This document shows, piece after piece, positions 1 to 13,400 of a stretch of 64,000 bases of DNA. The stretch is from positions 10,416,001 through 10,480,000 of the forward strand of contig JBHGNT010000016.1 of assembly GCA_043228905.1 (NCBI GenBank). Direction: 5' to 3'. This DNA comes from Azolla caroliniana. Taxonomy: Eukaryota > Plantae > Polypodiophyta. How positions within the stretch are numbered: the first letter of the stretch is position 1; every line of letters starts with the position of its first letter. The notes below the pieces were generated by a model that saw nothing but the letters and a program-made list of their open reading frames with translations, did not search any database and had not been told where the DNA came from. The translations under genes and the position numbers were made by a program.

Positions 1-348
1 TCACATGCATTCCATGCATTGTATGCATGTCTTGTACCCTCACATGCATCATATGCATGGGAGCATCTATAAAAGGGTAGATGAAAAAGATCAAAAGGGA
101 GCGATGTATTAATCAAGAAATTAATAAGAAGAAAATTCATTATCCTTTTAATGATTTATCTTGTTCTTCAAATCTAAAGTCAAGAATTCAATCTTACGCT
201 CTCTCTCCATTTCAATCTTAATCTCAATCTCTCTCTCAATCTATCTTAAATCCTTCTCGCTAAAGCTAGTGCGTACTTCGAGTCCTTCCGTCTAAAACCC
301 CGGCGGTTCCACCTCACGATCCGCACATAGTGACGGATCTTCACGACA
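1..348 (+). mobile_element. 3' part of an LTR of the tRNA-Trp-PBS Gypsy family (3' LTR or solo LTR), truncated by window start
   Basis: TATA (ctataaaag) near 67. Ends ATCTTCACGACA, the reverse complement of the TGTCGTGAAGAT start of the LTR at 46976. Shares the ACCCCGG(C/T)GGTTCCAC motif with the LTR end near 41684. No PBS follows. Confidence 0.65.
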
Positions 349-2662
349 CCGGCTAGTACAGGATGTCCGGTACACCGACAGAAGGGACACTTATGACCGG
401 GACCGATACGACAGGTACCGAGATTACAATGGTGACCGTTCTGATCGCGATCACTCTCCAAGTTACAACCAGAGGAGAGAGGATCAGCGCGGGGATTATG
501 AAGATCGCCGTCGACAGTGATACAAGAACCACCGACGTTTCAATAAGAAATGAAACAACTAAAAGGAGGAGCGTTAGGAACCGGCAAAGGAATACCCACG
601 AGAGCCGGCGAGAGGCTTGAGTGGCGCCCAACTAGAACAAAGACGAATGAAAGAGCCTAATAGACCGGCAACAGGATTTCAACCAAGTACCGGGCCACAA
701 GCAGAATCCAGCAATACCTGGATAGCGTATTGTTATTATTGCCGCAGGAAGGCCATTACAACAACCAATGCCCGGTGAAAAGTAATGAAAAACGACTGGC
801 AGTCAATATGGTGGTAGCAGAGGTCGTGGATATACAGCAAGTCACCACTAGGTCAAAAGGGAAGACGACCAAGTGGGAAGCGCAAGAGGCTATCCGGAAA
901 CAGGCCACTGAATGGGTGGAGAAGGCGAATGAGCGGAATGTGGCCAAGGTCAAACAACAAAAGTAGGCACCAACGGAGCTCACCGACACAATACAGTCAA
1001 ACAATCCAACATGAAGGGCATTACAAGAATGCCAAATTACATTGCCACTAGGCCGGCTACTACAATTAGTACCCTGGTTCACGGAGGGGCTGAAATCGGC
1101 AATAACACCACCAGACTCGTCGTCGGCTCCGGCTTTCTTTTCCAACCTAGAGGAAGGGCCGGCGGTGGTGGACACAAGCAGTCCGGCAATCACCGCCATT
1201 GTGAAAGGACGCGCGCTACCAGGAACGATCGTCGACGTAGGATCGAGTGTTAATGTAATCAGCCTCTGTACTTGTGATACTCTGGGAATCCAGGAGTGGG
1301 AGCCTTGCCCGTTTTGGCTCCGGCTGGTAGATACGAGTTTGGTAAGACCCACCGGTTTAATACGAGATCTGGAGGTAACAATTGGAGGACATGCATTCCG
1401 CATTTCTACGGTGGTTCTCCAATTAAATACCCAAGGGACTTACCCACTCTTGCTTGGATGACCATGGTTGCGCATGGCGCACATTAAGGAAAACTGGAGA
1501 AAGAACGTGATTATGTTCCGACGAGGCAAAACCAAGGTACGGATACCGACACATCCACAAACCGGAACCAGCAAAGAGCTAACACCATTGTACGCTGAGA
1601 GTGTTAATATGCTAGAAGGGCTCGCCGACGATGAAGTCGATCGGTATCTTGCGGATAATCCAAAAATCGTACCTTTGTTCGAAATAGATGTGGCCGAAGC
1701 AATCTCTCCGTATATGGCACAACTGGAAGATGTCGGAGAGGAACCGGATAGAGATGCCGTCAGAGAACTACGTCAAGCACAAGAGGCCCTAGAACGGGAA
1801 ATGGCGGTATCTCAAAGGGTAAAGGCGTCCCAGCTAGAGGAAGTAAACTTGGGAACTAGAGATGAAGCACGACCAATGCATATTGCCAAAGAAATGTGAC
1901 CGGAAAACAAAACGGCAATGATTACATTATTGAAAGAATTCCGGGACGTATTTGCCTGGTCCTATGAGGATATGCGAGGGCTGGATCCGCAATTGTATCA
2001 ACATCAGATACATCTCAGCAAAGATGCCAAACCGGTAGCCCAAAGGTGCTACCGAATGAACCCTAATTATGCAGTAAGGGTAAAAGAAGAGATCGACAAG
2101 TTACTCCGAGTCGGATTTATCCAGCCGGTAAAGAAAGCCACATGGTTGAGTCCGATAGTCGTCATGCCGAAAAAGAACGGGAAGATCCGGGTGTGTGTCG
2201 ATTACCGGAACCTGAATGCCGCAATGGTGACCGATGCCTTTCCACTTCCATTCACGGATGGAGTTCTGGACGTGGTAGTTGGTCATGAGGTATATAGCTT
2301 TCTAGACGGATTCAACGATTACAATCAAATATAGATGCACCCCGATGACCAAGAAAAGACGGTGTTCATTACCGAGTGGGGAGTTTTTATTGCCGTAGTA
2401 ATGATGTTTGGACTCAAGACGACGTCGGCTACCTTTCAGCGGATAATCATGGAAATATTTGGAGAGTTCATCCCGGCGTTTATGCAAGTAATCCTAGACA
2501 ACTTCGCGGTGTATAGCCGGCAAGGGGAGCACTTGGACCATCTCCGGTTATGCCTAGAGAAATGCAGGGGGTACCGGTTAAGCTTGAACCCGGCAAAGTG
2601 TGTGTTCGGGGTGGCTAGTGGTACCCTACTTGGCCATATTGTCAACAAGGACGGGATAGCAA
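349..2662 (+). pseudogene. Decayed Athila-like Ty3/Gypsy gag C-terminus, protease and RT fragment (same family as 49330-59187)
   Basis: Peptides collinear with ORFs 55949-58717 and 52874-55882 (AVNMVVAEV, LPLGRLLQLVP, IVDVGSSVNVIS, FAWSYEDMRGLDP, VCVDYRNLN). Several stops and frameshifts. Confidence 0.9.
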
Positions 2663-2965
2663 TGAATACCAAAATGGACTGGAATACATTTGCATTACGG
2701 TCTGCGCCTACCCTACCTGCACCACCCTTTGGTGAAGTGTCCTAGAGGGACACCCTGTGTTAGGGCTAGTCCGGCCCTAAGGAGTAACAAACTGTGTTCT
2801 CTCTCTGTGAATACCTAACTGTCTACAGGTGTCCGACTTAGACGACTGTGTTTTGTGTGTACACGCTTCCGCATACGTTATTCTTTTACATGTTTTTATA
2901 TAAGGAGCTCGGTGAGCACATTGTAAACAAGTCAACCATTTTTTGAAATATATTTTTGGTGTTCA
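2663..2965. mobile_element. Possible LTR fragment that truncates the Gypsy RT
   Basis: Starts TGAATACCAAA and has an imperfect inverted end TTTGGTGTTCA at about 2965; no TSD found. Confidence 0.35.
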
Positions 2966-3089
2966 TTGTGTACTTTCGCTCTCTCACTCTCTGTCTCACT
3001 CACTATGTGTCTATCTCCATCTCCGTGTATTTTCTTGTTCGGTTTAGTTGACCGTGTAACAAGCTTCTGCATCTTTTTACACTCAATTT

Positions 3090-3221
3090 GATACATTCAA
3101 ATGTATGGGGACTGACATAGAACGTGAGCCTGGGTGGCAACCGGTATTTCTTCTCATTCATCAATGATTTTTCAAGGCACACATGGGTCTTCCCTATTGA
3201 GAAGAAGAGTGAAGTCTTCCC
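3090..3221 (+). pseudogene. Ty1/Copia integrase fragment (N-terminal part of core)
   Basis: Translates IHSNVWGLT*NVSLGGNRYFFSFINDFSRHTWVFPIEKKSEVF. Confidence 0.75.
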
Positions 3222-4876
3222 TTTTCAGGTAGATGGGTTGTAGCATTTGTAACCCTTTTGTTCGAGCGAGTACCCCACGAGGATACATTTCTCCGACTTC
3301 ATGGCGAGCTTTTGTCGCGTCTTGTTGGGAATATGCATGTAGGCGATTGAGCCGAAAATCCGAACATGTGATAAGTCCGGCCTCTTTCCAAAAATCCTCT
3401 CATGAGGGGTTACGTCGTGTACCTCAGAGGTTGTACACCTGTTCATGAGATATACGACAGTGTTCACCGCTTCTGCCCAGTACAATTTCGACAGGTTCTT
3501 CTCATTCATCATTGCTCGTGCAACCTCTACTATGTGTCGATTCTTCCGTTCGGCTACACCATTTTGTTGAGGTGTATGTCGACACGAGAATTCTCATCGA
3601 ATTCCTTCCTTTCGGAGATACGCCGTAAATTTGTCCAAGAAATCCTCCTTTCCTCCATCTGATTGAAGGCATCATACGTGCCGACTCATGGCTTTTTTGA
3701 CTTCATTTTTAAACTTTTGGAAGTGTCTGAAAACTTCGCTCTTTTGCCGCATAGGGTAGATCTAGGTGTGCCTGGAGAAGTCGTCGATGAACGTGACATA
3801 GTAGCGGCAACCTCCGATTGTTGCAGTCTGGGCTAGTCCCCACATATCTGAATGTACTACATCCAGGATCCCTTTACTGACATTCCTGTCTTTTGGGAAT
3901 GGATGTTGGTTTTGTTTTCCGAATTGGCATGCCCCACATATGCCCGTAATCTCTTTCTCAGTAAATGTCGAGAGTTTGATTACGACTCCTTTCGACTACA
4001 TGTTCTAGAGCTTTTGGAGATCGATGTGGCCGATTCTCTTGTGCCACTATTTCAAGTCTGTTTTGACTTTGAGGTCTTTTGCGAACATAGCCGATTTTAC
4101 CTCCTCTGATTCGAGGATGAACATTCGGCCTTCTCGGCGACCATGCGCTATGATTTGATCGTCCTTTTCGATGAAGCACCCTTCATTATTAAATCGTACT
4201 TGCATACCTTGTTCAACAATCTGGCCGACCGAGACTAGGTTTTTTGTGATGGTTGGGACATGCAAGACGTTCTTCGGGTAGGTTTGTTTGCCATCATCTC
4301 CGAATGGAACATTTCCAACATGCCGAATTGGGTGAGTCATATCATCTCCAGTTTCGACATAGCCAGGTCGATTGGGCTTTCATAATTCTCGGAATCAATC
4401 TTCATGGGACGTCATGTGATTAGATGCTTCCGAGTCGACAAACCATATACTATCTGAAGAAGAGGTGCTAGTCGGGGCATGTGCTGACATCAAATGTGCC
4501 TCATGCCTCATTACGAACATCCCGCCACGATCGTCATAGTCGGAATTTGAAGCGTAGTTCATGAGTTGTTGACTAGTCGAAGCCGAGTCTCGTATCTTTT
4601 TGCCACACTCCTCTTCATAGTGGTCATGTTTTCCATAGTACCCGCATTCGATTGGGTTGTTACGATTGCTTGGTCCGGCGGGGTGGCTCCGCCTTTTGCC
4701 GAAATCTCTTGGGACTATTCCTATCCTCTTGCCATTGGTGGGAGTTACGCTCTTGGGTCGGCCGACCGTGTCGGCCTTGTCCAAACCAACCTCTATTTCC
4801 ACGACCGAATCCTCTTCTATCATCCGACTGTGAGTTGAGTATCTGACCATCATGTGCATTGTTCCTTTGTCGAATG

Positions 4877-5580
4877 TGTTGGGATTTCGGTCCCTCCGGA
4901 TGGGATGTCCGGAGATGAATGGCTGCAAGCCCGGAGACTGTTACGGAACCGGGTGATGAAGAGTACCCGGCATGAAGCCGGATGAAGAGTACCCGGCTAC
5001 GGATCCGGATGATGAAGACCCCGGTTACGGAGCCGGATGCTGAAGACCCCGGTTACGGAGCCGGATGCTGAAGACCCCGGCTTCGGAGCCGGATGACGTA
5101 TGTACCCGGAGAGAGATCCGGATGCGGGGACATATTTGTGAATATGTTTGCCAAGGGCCCTTGAGGCTATATTTGTAAATAGCCCGAAAGTCATATGTGT
5201 ATAAATATGACTTAGGGCAAACAGTTTGTTGTTGTTGCTCATTTTTTTATGTCTTCAGCCGAGAGAGAGAAAAGTTAGAGCAGCCGAGAGAGAGAGAGAG
5301 AGAGAGAGGAAGGAAGAAGTCGACGCCTCTGTGTAATACCGCCGCCTGTGGCGAAGGCAGTGAGCTCAAGGTTGTTGCCTTGTAGCTTCACCATTGTACA
5401 TCTCTGTGTATAGTGATAGTTGGAGTTTGAGGACTCCCGTGGTTTTTTTCCCATTTGGGGTTTTCCACGTAAAACATTCTGTGTACTCTTCTCTCTATTG
5501 TTTTCGTGCATTTCTTGTATTTCCCGTTTTCTGTGAATCGATCCTATTCCTCGGTTGTGGCCGAGCACTGTTGTTCAACA
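4877..5580 (+). repeat. 5' LTR (704 bp) with 28-bp CCGG-rich tandem repeats and a (GA)n tract
   Basis: TG...CA ends; GAAGACCCC recurs at 5014, 5042 and 5070; direct repeat of 9695-10396. Confidence 0.95.
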
Positions 5581-5583
5581 AAG

Positions 5584-5595
5584 TGGTATCAGAGC
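5584..5595 (+). promoter_or_regulatory. Primer binding site, initiator tRNA-Met
   Basis: TGGTATCAGAGC 3 nt after the 5' LTR. Confidence 0.95.
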
Positions 5596-5611
5596 GACGG
5601 TAACACAGAAA

Positions 5612-8600
5612 ATGGAAGGCGGCGGTAGTGGGCCTCCGGGCATGATGGTGTTGAACTCACAGAACTACGCCGACTGGAAGATAAAGATGGAAGACCTCCT
5701 CATCGTCCGAGACCTGTACGAACCGATCGACAATGCCGAGATACCCAAGGGGGTAATAGAGTCGGAGTGGAAGCTCCTGAACCGGAAAGCCGTAGCGACG
5801 ATCCGGCAATATGTAGATGTAAGTGTTCTGCAACATGTGGCGAACGACACCAACGCATATGAGATGTGGAAGAAGCTGTCGGGCCTCTACGAGAGGAAGA
5901 ATGCGTTGAACCGGACCTCCCTGATGAGGAAGATGGTGAACCTCAAGTACCGGGACGGCGAAAATATGGTGGAACACGTGAGCACGTTCATGGGATTCGT
6001 GAACCAGCTTGCGGCGATCAAGTTCCCGTTGGAGGATGCAATGCAAGCCATCATTCTCATGTGTACATTGCCGGAAAGCTGGGAGAACTTGGTGGTGACT
6101 CTCAGCACCTCCTGCACCGAAGATAACTTGTCTCTACAAACGGTAAAGACAAGCATTTTGAACGAAGAAGCGCGTCGGAGAGATAAAGAACCGGTTTCCG
6201 ATCCGAAGATGCTGCTTACCGAATCGGATCGGGGAAGACAATGGAACCGGAGTCCGCAAAGACGGGAGAAGTCGGGGACCCGGTCGCAGTCAAGAGGAAG
6301 ACCCACATGCTTCCACTGTGGGAAGCCGGGGCACTTCCGGAAGAATTGTCGGCTTACCGAAAGGACAACGGAGCCGACGACACCGATTCGAAGAAGTCAC
6401 CGGAGAGAAACGGTGCATACCGAGGAGCCACGGACCGGAGAGGTCCGGATCGGCGAGGGCAGGACCGGAAAGGAACGACGGCACTCGCGGCAAGTGAAGA
6501 AGAGATAATGCTCATTACCGAAGAAAGGGAGTTGAACCTTGCCGGTGAAGAGATGACCTGGGTGGTCGATTCCGGAGCGTCGTTCCACCTGACCCCGGAG
6601 AAGAAATACTTCTCATCCTACACAGCCGGTGAGCACGGCCGTGTCTGGATGGGAAATGAAGGTACATGCCGGATTGCCGGCATAGGAGACGTGTGGCTGA
6701 TGACATCAACCGGATGCAAGATGCTGTTGAAGGATGTCCGACACGTTCCGGAGGTTCGATTGAACCTGATTTCGGCCGGGAGGCTAGACGATGAAGGCTA
6801 CACGGGTAGCATCCGGAACGGTGTCATGAAGTTCAGCAAAGGGAGCCTGATAGTGGCTCGGGCCCGGAAAGTCAACACACTGTACCTGATGAATTCCCGG
6901 CTATGTCCGGAGGAGCTGAACGTGGCAGCTGACCCTGCCGGTGAGCTATGGCACAAGAGACTGTGCCACATGAGGGAGAAGGGGATGAAGAGGCTTGCAG
7001 AAGACAACCTTATTCCAGTGAAGCATGTGCACCTGGAGAAGTGCACCGATTGCCTGGCCGGTAAGCAGAACCGAACCTCTTTCCACTCAAGGCCACCGAC
7101 GAGACGTAGTGTACCATTGGAGTTGGTGCACACTGATGTGTGTCAGGTAGAAACGAAGTCACATGGCGGAGCCCAATACTTCGTAACATTCATAGATGAC
7201 CATAGCCGGAAGCTGTGGACGGCACCGTTGAAGACAAAGGACCAAGTATTGTCCGTCTTCAAAGAACTCCACGCAAGAGTGGAAAGGGAATCCGGCAAGA
7301 AGCTGAAAGCGATACGAGCGGATAACGGAGGGGAATACCGGGGGCAGTTCACGGAGTACTGTCGCTCGAAGGGAATCCGGCTTGAGTTTACTGTGCCGAA
7401 GACGCCGGAACTGAACGGGCTGGCCGAGAGGATGAACCGGACCATAATGGAGAGGGTCCGGAGTATGCTAGCGCATGCGAGATTACCCAAGGGGTTTTGG
7501 GCTGAGGCAATGTCGACGGCGACATACGTGATAAACAGATCACCCTCAGTACCTTTGGACGGAGACACACCGCAGAGAGTGTGGACCGGTAGGGAAGTAT
7601 CCTACCGGCATCTGAAGGTGTTCGGGTGTCTCGCATATGTGCATGTGGCAAAGGACCGGAGAGGAAAGTTAGATCCAAAGACCCGGCCATGCATATTCCT
7701 CGGTTACGGCGACGACGAGTTCGGCTACCGAGTATGGGACCCGGTCGACAAGAAGATATTCAGGAGTCGAGATATCATCTTCATGGAGGACAAGACACTC
7801 GCCGACTGGGAGTCGGAGAAGAAGATGAAGAGCTCCAAGTCGACCGGTGAGGATCAACTCTACGAGGAGCAGTCCCGACCGGCAAGGGACCGGTTAGCAC
7901 TCGAGGATCCGGCCGAAGACGGTGAAGAAACAGAACCGGCCGAGGAAGATGAAACTGATACCGGAACCGGCCCCGATCCCGAAATGGATTCGGATGAAGA
8001 GGAAACGGAGGAGTCGGTTACCGAAGCTCCGGAACGGAGATATCCTCTAAGAGAGAGAAGGGCCCCCCGGAGATTTCCGGAACCAGAGCACGTGCTACTA
8101 ACCGACGAGGGGGAGCCGGAGAGCTTTGAAGAAGCAAAGCTTGACACCCATAGCCGCAGGTGGTTGAGTGCCATGCAGGAGGAGATGGATTCCCTGCATG
8201 AGAACCACACATATGAACTTGTGGAGTTGCCGAAAGGAAAGCGGGCACTTCGGAACAAGTGGGTGTTCAAGCTGAAACCGGGAGATGCCGAAAAACCCCC
8301 GAGATACAAAGCCAGGATCGTGGTGAAGGGGTTCCAGCAGAAGAAGGGCGTCGATTTCGACGAGATATTTGCCCCGGTAGTGAAGATGACCTCCATCTGG
8401 ACAGTGCTGAGCATAGCGGCAAGCATGGACCTCGAGGTAGAACAGATGGACGTGAAGACGGCATTCCGTCACGGTGACCTCGAAGAAGAGATCTACATGC
8501 AGCAACCAGAAGGATTCGAGAAGAAAGGGAAGGAGCACCTGGTGTGCCGGTTGAAGAAGAGCCTTTACGGACTGAAGCAGGCTCCCCGGCAATGGTACCG

Positions 8601-9684
8601 GAAGTTCGACTCTTTCATGACCGACGAAGGGTACCACAAAACGCAGTCCGATCACTGCGTGTTTGTGAAGAAGTTCGAAGGAGGAGACTTTCTAATACTC
8701 CTCCTGTACGTGGACGACATGTTGATCGTCGGACGGGACCAGGTCAAGATACGGATGCTGAAGAAAGCACTTCACCGAACCTTCTCAATGAAGGACCTGG
8801 GTCCGGCGAGGCAAATACTAGGGATGCACATCATCCGGGTCCGGAAGAAGAAGCAGTTGTGGCTGTCACAGGAGAAGTACGTGACAAAGGTGCTTCAACG
8901 GTTCAACATGTCGGAAGCAAGACCGGTCGGATCGACCCTCCCGGTAAACTGCAAGTTATCCGGCAAGCAAAGTCCCAAGACAAAGGTTGAAAAGGAGGAT
9001 ATGATGAAGATACCATATGCCTCTGCCGTAGGAAGCTTGATGTACGCAATGGTGTGTACAAGACCAGACATAGGATATGCAGTCGGAGTGGTGAGCCGGT
9101 ACATGAGCAATCCCGGCAAAGAGCACTAGAACGCGGTCAAGTGGATACTCCGATACCTGAAGGGCACGGCAAACATGTGCCTCCGATTCGGCTCCGGTAA
9201 GCCCGAACTCGATGGATTTACCGATTCGGACATGTCGGCTGATGCGGATACCAGCCGGTCTACATCAAGGTACGTAATGACATATGCAGGGGGAGCCGTT
9301 TCGTGGCAGTCGAGGTTGCAGAAGACGGTTGCGTTGTCAACCACGGAGGCGGAGTACATGGCGGCTGTTGAAGCCGGCAAGGAAATAATATGGATGAAGG
9401 ACTTCATTAGAGAGCTCGGTATCCGGCAGGAGGAGTACCGACTCTACTGCGATAGTCAGAGTGCCATCCACCTTGCGAAGAACGCGGTCTACCATTCCCG
9501 GACGAAACACATCCAACGTAGATACCACTGGATCCGGGAAAGGATAGAAGACAAGGAGTTCGTGCTGACGAAGATCCACACGGACAAGAACGGGTCGGAT
9601 ATGCTGACCAAGGTGCTCACACCCGACAAGCTGGAAGCATGCCGGAAGAGGATCGGGTTGGAGAAACATCCCATGCCGAAGTGA
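5612..9684 (+). pseudogene. Copia gag-pol polyprotein with one frameshift (~6350) and one nonsense codon (9127-9129)
   Basis: Gag, zinc knuckle CFHCGKPGHFRKNC, PR WVVDSGASFH, IN LWHKRLCH and VHTDVC, RT LYVDDM, RH FTDSD. ORFs 5555-6508, 6241-9129 and 9175-9684. Confidence 0.93.
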
Positions 9685-9692
9685 AGGGGGAG
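9683..9692 (+). promoter_or_regulatory. Polypurine tract
   Basis: GAAGGGGGAG 2 nt before the 3' LTR. Confidence 0.9.
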
Positions 9693-9694
9693 TT

Positions 9695-10396
9695 TGTTGG
9701 GATTTCGGTCCCTCCGGATGGGATGTCCGGAGATGAATGACTGCAAGCCCGGAGACTGTTACGGAACCGGGTGATGAAGAGTACCCGGCATGAAGCCGGA
9801 TGAAGAGTACCCGGCTACGGATCCGGATGATGAAGACCCCGGTTACGGAGCCGGATGCTGAAGACCCCGGTTACGGAGCCGGATGCTGAAGACCCCGGCT
9901 TCGGAGCCGGATGACGTATGTACCCGGAGAGAGATCCGGATGCGGGGACATATTTGTGAATATGTTTGCCAAGGGCCCTTGAGGCTATATTTGTAAATAG
10001 CCCGAAAGTCATATGTGTATAAATATGACTTAGGGCAAACAGTTTGTTGTTGTTGCTCATTTTTTTATGTCTTCAGCCGAGAGAGAGAAAAGTTAGAGCA
10101 GCCGAGAGAGAGAGAGAGAGAGAGGAAGGAAGAAGTCGACGCCTCTGTGTAATACCGCCGCCTGTGGCGAAGGCAGTGAGCTCAAGGTTGTTGCCTTGTA
10201 GCTTCACCATTGTACATCTCTGTGTATAGTGATAGTTGGAGTTTGAGGACTCCCGTGGTTTTTTTCCCATTTGGGGTTTTCCACGTAAAACATTCTGTGT
10301 ACTCTTCTCTCTATTGTTTTCGTGCATTTCTTGTATTTCCCGTTTTCTGTGAATCGATCCTATTCCTCGGTTGTGGCCGAGCACTGTTGTTCAATA
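9695..10396 (+). repeat. 3' LTR (702 bp)
   Basis: By eye differs from the 5' LTR by one G/A change, one GA unit and terminal CA>TA. Confidence 0.95.
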
Positions 10397-11049
10397 GAAT
10401 GTGATTTTCTTTGACCAACAGAATCGATTGAAGGTTGAAAAAGGAGGGAGGGTTCTCCCCTGCAAGAATGGCCAATCTAATCGTGCCGAATCGAGGTGCC
10501 AAGCCGCTGAGGCATATTTGCACCATTTCTTCATTGTTGATGACGACATTAATCGAACCGAGGGCATCACACAACTCCTTGATCTTCAAGGTATAGCCAT
10601 GTTGTCGAGACTTGAGAATAGGAGAGAGAAAGATAAGATGACAATAAAAGGTATATATATAGAGAGAGAGACAACACTAGAAATGGAAAGAGAGTTTATA
10701 TTATAAGAGAGCAAGGATTACACAGAGTAGGCTAAGGGGCTACAAATTGGTGTTGAACTGAATGAGTTGTGATGAATGAATAGAAACCTATTTATAGGTC
10801 CTTATGGAGTATTCTAGAATGTTGTAGAATATTTTAGATATTTATGATATTTAATATAATCATGGAATATCCTAGAATGTTCTAGAATACTCTAAATATC
10901 CTGTAATAACTAATAATACATTTATTACAACTATACATTATGTATGTTATTATAATGGTTAAAGGTCTAACATATAGACCAATACGTCTTGGGCTTGAAT
11001 CTTTGTAAGGCCAAAATGTATGTCTTCATGACATTATCCCCCTTTTTTA

Positions 11050-11290
11050 CGATGAGTTCCACGAGTCGAAAGACAAGATTTCGGACTTGGCTTATGGGGA
11101 TATTTGTTGTGAAACGCAGCAACCATTTCGAAGGCATTAACAAGATTTTCAAGAGGTTCCTATGTTCGATCATTAGGTGTATAACCTAACTAGTCAACCA
11201 AATAATACAGTTTGTTGCGAACGATCTTGGAGTCGAGAATGACAACAACTTCATATTCGGGGCCATCCGAAACTTCGATTGGAGGTGGGG
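11050..11290 (-). pseudogene. Integrase C-terminal chromodomain
   Basis: PPPIEVSDGPEYEVVVILDSKIVRNKLYYLVD*LGYTPNDRT*EPLENL. Confidence 0.85.
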
Positions 11291-11835
11291 GAGATGTATA
11301 TAATAAATCTTGGCCTTACAAGGATTCGAGCCGAAAACGTCTTGGTCTATATGTTAGACCTTTAACCATTATAATAACATATATAATGTATAATTATAAT
11401 AAATATATTATTAGTTATTACAAGATATTTAGAGTATTCCAGAACATTCTAGAGTATTCTAGAACATTCTAGGATATTCCATGATTATATTAAATATCAT
11501 AAATATCTAAAATATTCTAGAACATTCTAGAATAATTCATAAGGACCTATAAATAGGTTTCTATTCATTCATCACAACTCATTCAGTTCAACACCAATTT
11601 GTAGCCCCTTAGCCTACTCTGTGTAATCCTTGCTCTCTTATAATATAAACTCTCTTTCCATTTCTAGTGTTGTCTCTCTCTCTATATATATACCTTTTAT
11701 TGTCATCTTATCTTTCTCTCTCCTATTCTCAAGTCTCGACAGTTTCAACCAAATATCTCTTTTTTCTTCTTCTCCAAATTTTTCTTCTTATCTTAACCTT
11801 ATTCAAGCAAATCTAGCAATTTTCTCTCGCAACTA

Positions 11836-13400
11836 TGGAGTCCGTCAGCAAGCAAGAATATATGCGTGTTCTCTCCGAGCTCAACATGCTAACGACCAAT
11901 TTCGTGGCACTGGAGCATGAAAATCAAAGATTGTTGGGAGACCTACAACAAGTGAGTACAACAATATAAAGAATTATCTCAACAGGTGCATCAATTGGAG
12001 ACTACTCTATTGCAACGACAAGCAGCGGAAGTTCAAACCTCGCCGAAGGAACCCAAAATTAGTCTACCGGCCAAGTTTGATGGTACAAGGTCTCAATTTC
12101 GTGGATTTTTAAATCAGGTACGGCTTGTGATTAAATTGCATCCTAGCCGTTACCCAATTGATGTTGCTCGTGTGGGACTAGTTGGTACCTTGTTAACGGG
12201 TACCGCATTAGCGTGGTTTGCACCACCCCTAGAGAAGCACTCACCATTATTACAAGATTTTGAAGGGTTTATTAATGAGTTCCAAGCCAACTTTGGAGAC
12301 ACTGATAGTATGAGGACCGCAATAAACAAAATTCGACGATTACGACAAGGAGATCGTTCTGCTTCCACTTATGCTGCAGATTTTCGGCTTCTAGCATGTG
12401 GTATTCCATGGGACAAGGCGGCATTAATGGACCAATTTCATCAAGGTCTGTGCAATGATGTGAAGGATTTACTTCTTACCTTCCATGATGATCCAAAATC
12501 TCTTACTGAAGCAGTAAGTCGGGCCATGTGATGTGACAATCGCTTATTTGAGTGGCATTTGGAGCACCAACAAATGTTATGTTTCCGACCAACAGAAACA
12601 TATGCTTCGGTGGTCGTAACTCCACCCCAACTATCAAAGTCAAGTGTGGTGGAAGGCCCTACTCCAATGGAAATCGAGACAACACGACGTTGAGAACCAT
12701 TATCGGATGTTGAAAAGCAACGACGGCGAGCGAATCGTCTATGCCTCTATTGTGGTGGTCCAGGGCATATTGATGTGAATTGTCCACATAAACCACGCCG
12801 ACAAGTTAACCAAGTAAGTGCTCATGACAATCCCATCTCAATTTTTGCCCCGCCTTCTCATAACCCAAGTAGGCCTAGTAGTCCCTGTCATAAAAATACA
12901 TTTGATGTCTTGAGCCAATTAGATGATGTGTTAAACGAGTAAGTCCGGCCAAAATCGGAGCCATTTGGTTGGACAACCCTAGGCATGTAACGTCCATCCT
13001 TAGTTGTGGTTCCATTTCATCCGGTCAAGTTAGTCGAGTTTTCTCTACACAAGTTAAGCTTCTGCCCTCTTAGACTTTGGAGCCAACTCTGGTTTCATGG
13101 ATCGTGAGTTTGCTGTAATGCATAATATTCAGTTGCATAAGCCCCCAAGCCCAGTGTCTGTCGGCGTCATCGATGGATGCCCGATAGCATCAGGTGATAT
13201 AGTTGAAGAGTATAAACCAATTCGTGTAGCCCTAGGAAATTTGGCTAGTGTCATCTCATTCAACATCATTAGTAGTCCAGAGCACTCCCTAGTTCTTGGT
13301 CTTCGATGGTTTGAGCTACATAACCCAACTATTGATTGGAGAAAAAGAACCATTGAAGAGGTCACAATACAATCTGAGTCTCTTAAAACTCCAACAAAGG
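11836..13400 (+). pseudogene. Tcn1-like gag (PEG10/RTL-type) with CCHC knuckle, and aspartic protease
   Basis: EPKISLPAKFDGTRSQFRGFLNQV, RLRQGDRSASTYAADF, LCLYCGGPGH, LVLGLRWFELHNPTIDW; several stops. Confidence 0.85.

Larger units (their letters stand above)
4877..10396 (+). mobile_element. Full-length young Ty1/Copia LTR retrotransposon, TSD GAATG
   Basis: LTRs 4877-5580 and 9695-10396 nearly identical. GAATG at 4872-4876 and 10397-10401. PBS, PPT and gag-PR-IN-RT-RH domain order. Confidence 0.97.

Noticed and set aside
5657-9746. Many antisense ORFs over the Copia pol (and likewise over the Gypsy pol)
   Set aside because: Shadow ORFs of GC-rich coding sequence with no recognisable motifs.
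11281-11300. GGAGGTGGGGGAGA-TGT as a PPT plus LTR start on +
   Set aside because: It is the antisense of the proline-rich codons preceding the chromodomain; the LTR match begins only at ~11303.
11986-12531. Domesticated PEG10/RTL-like gene
   Set aside because: Directly follows an LTR and has several stops; ordinary chromovirus gag.
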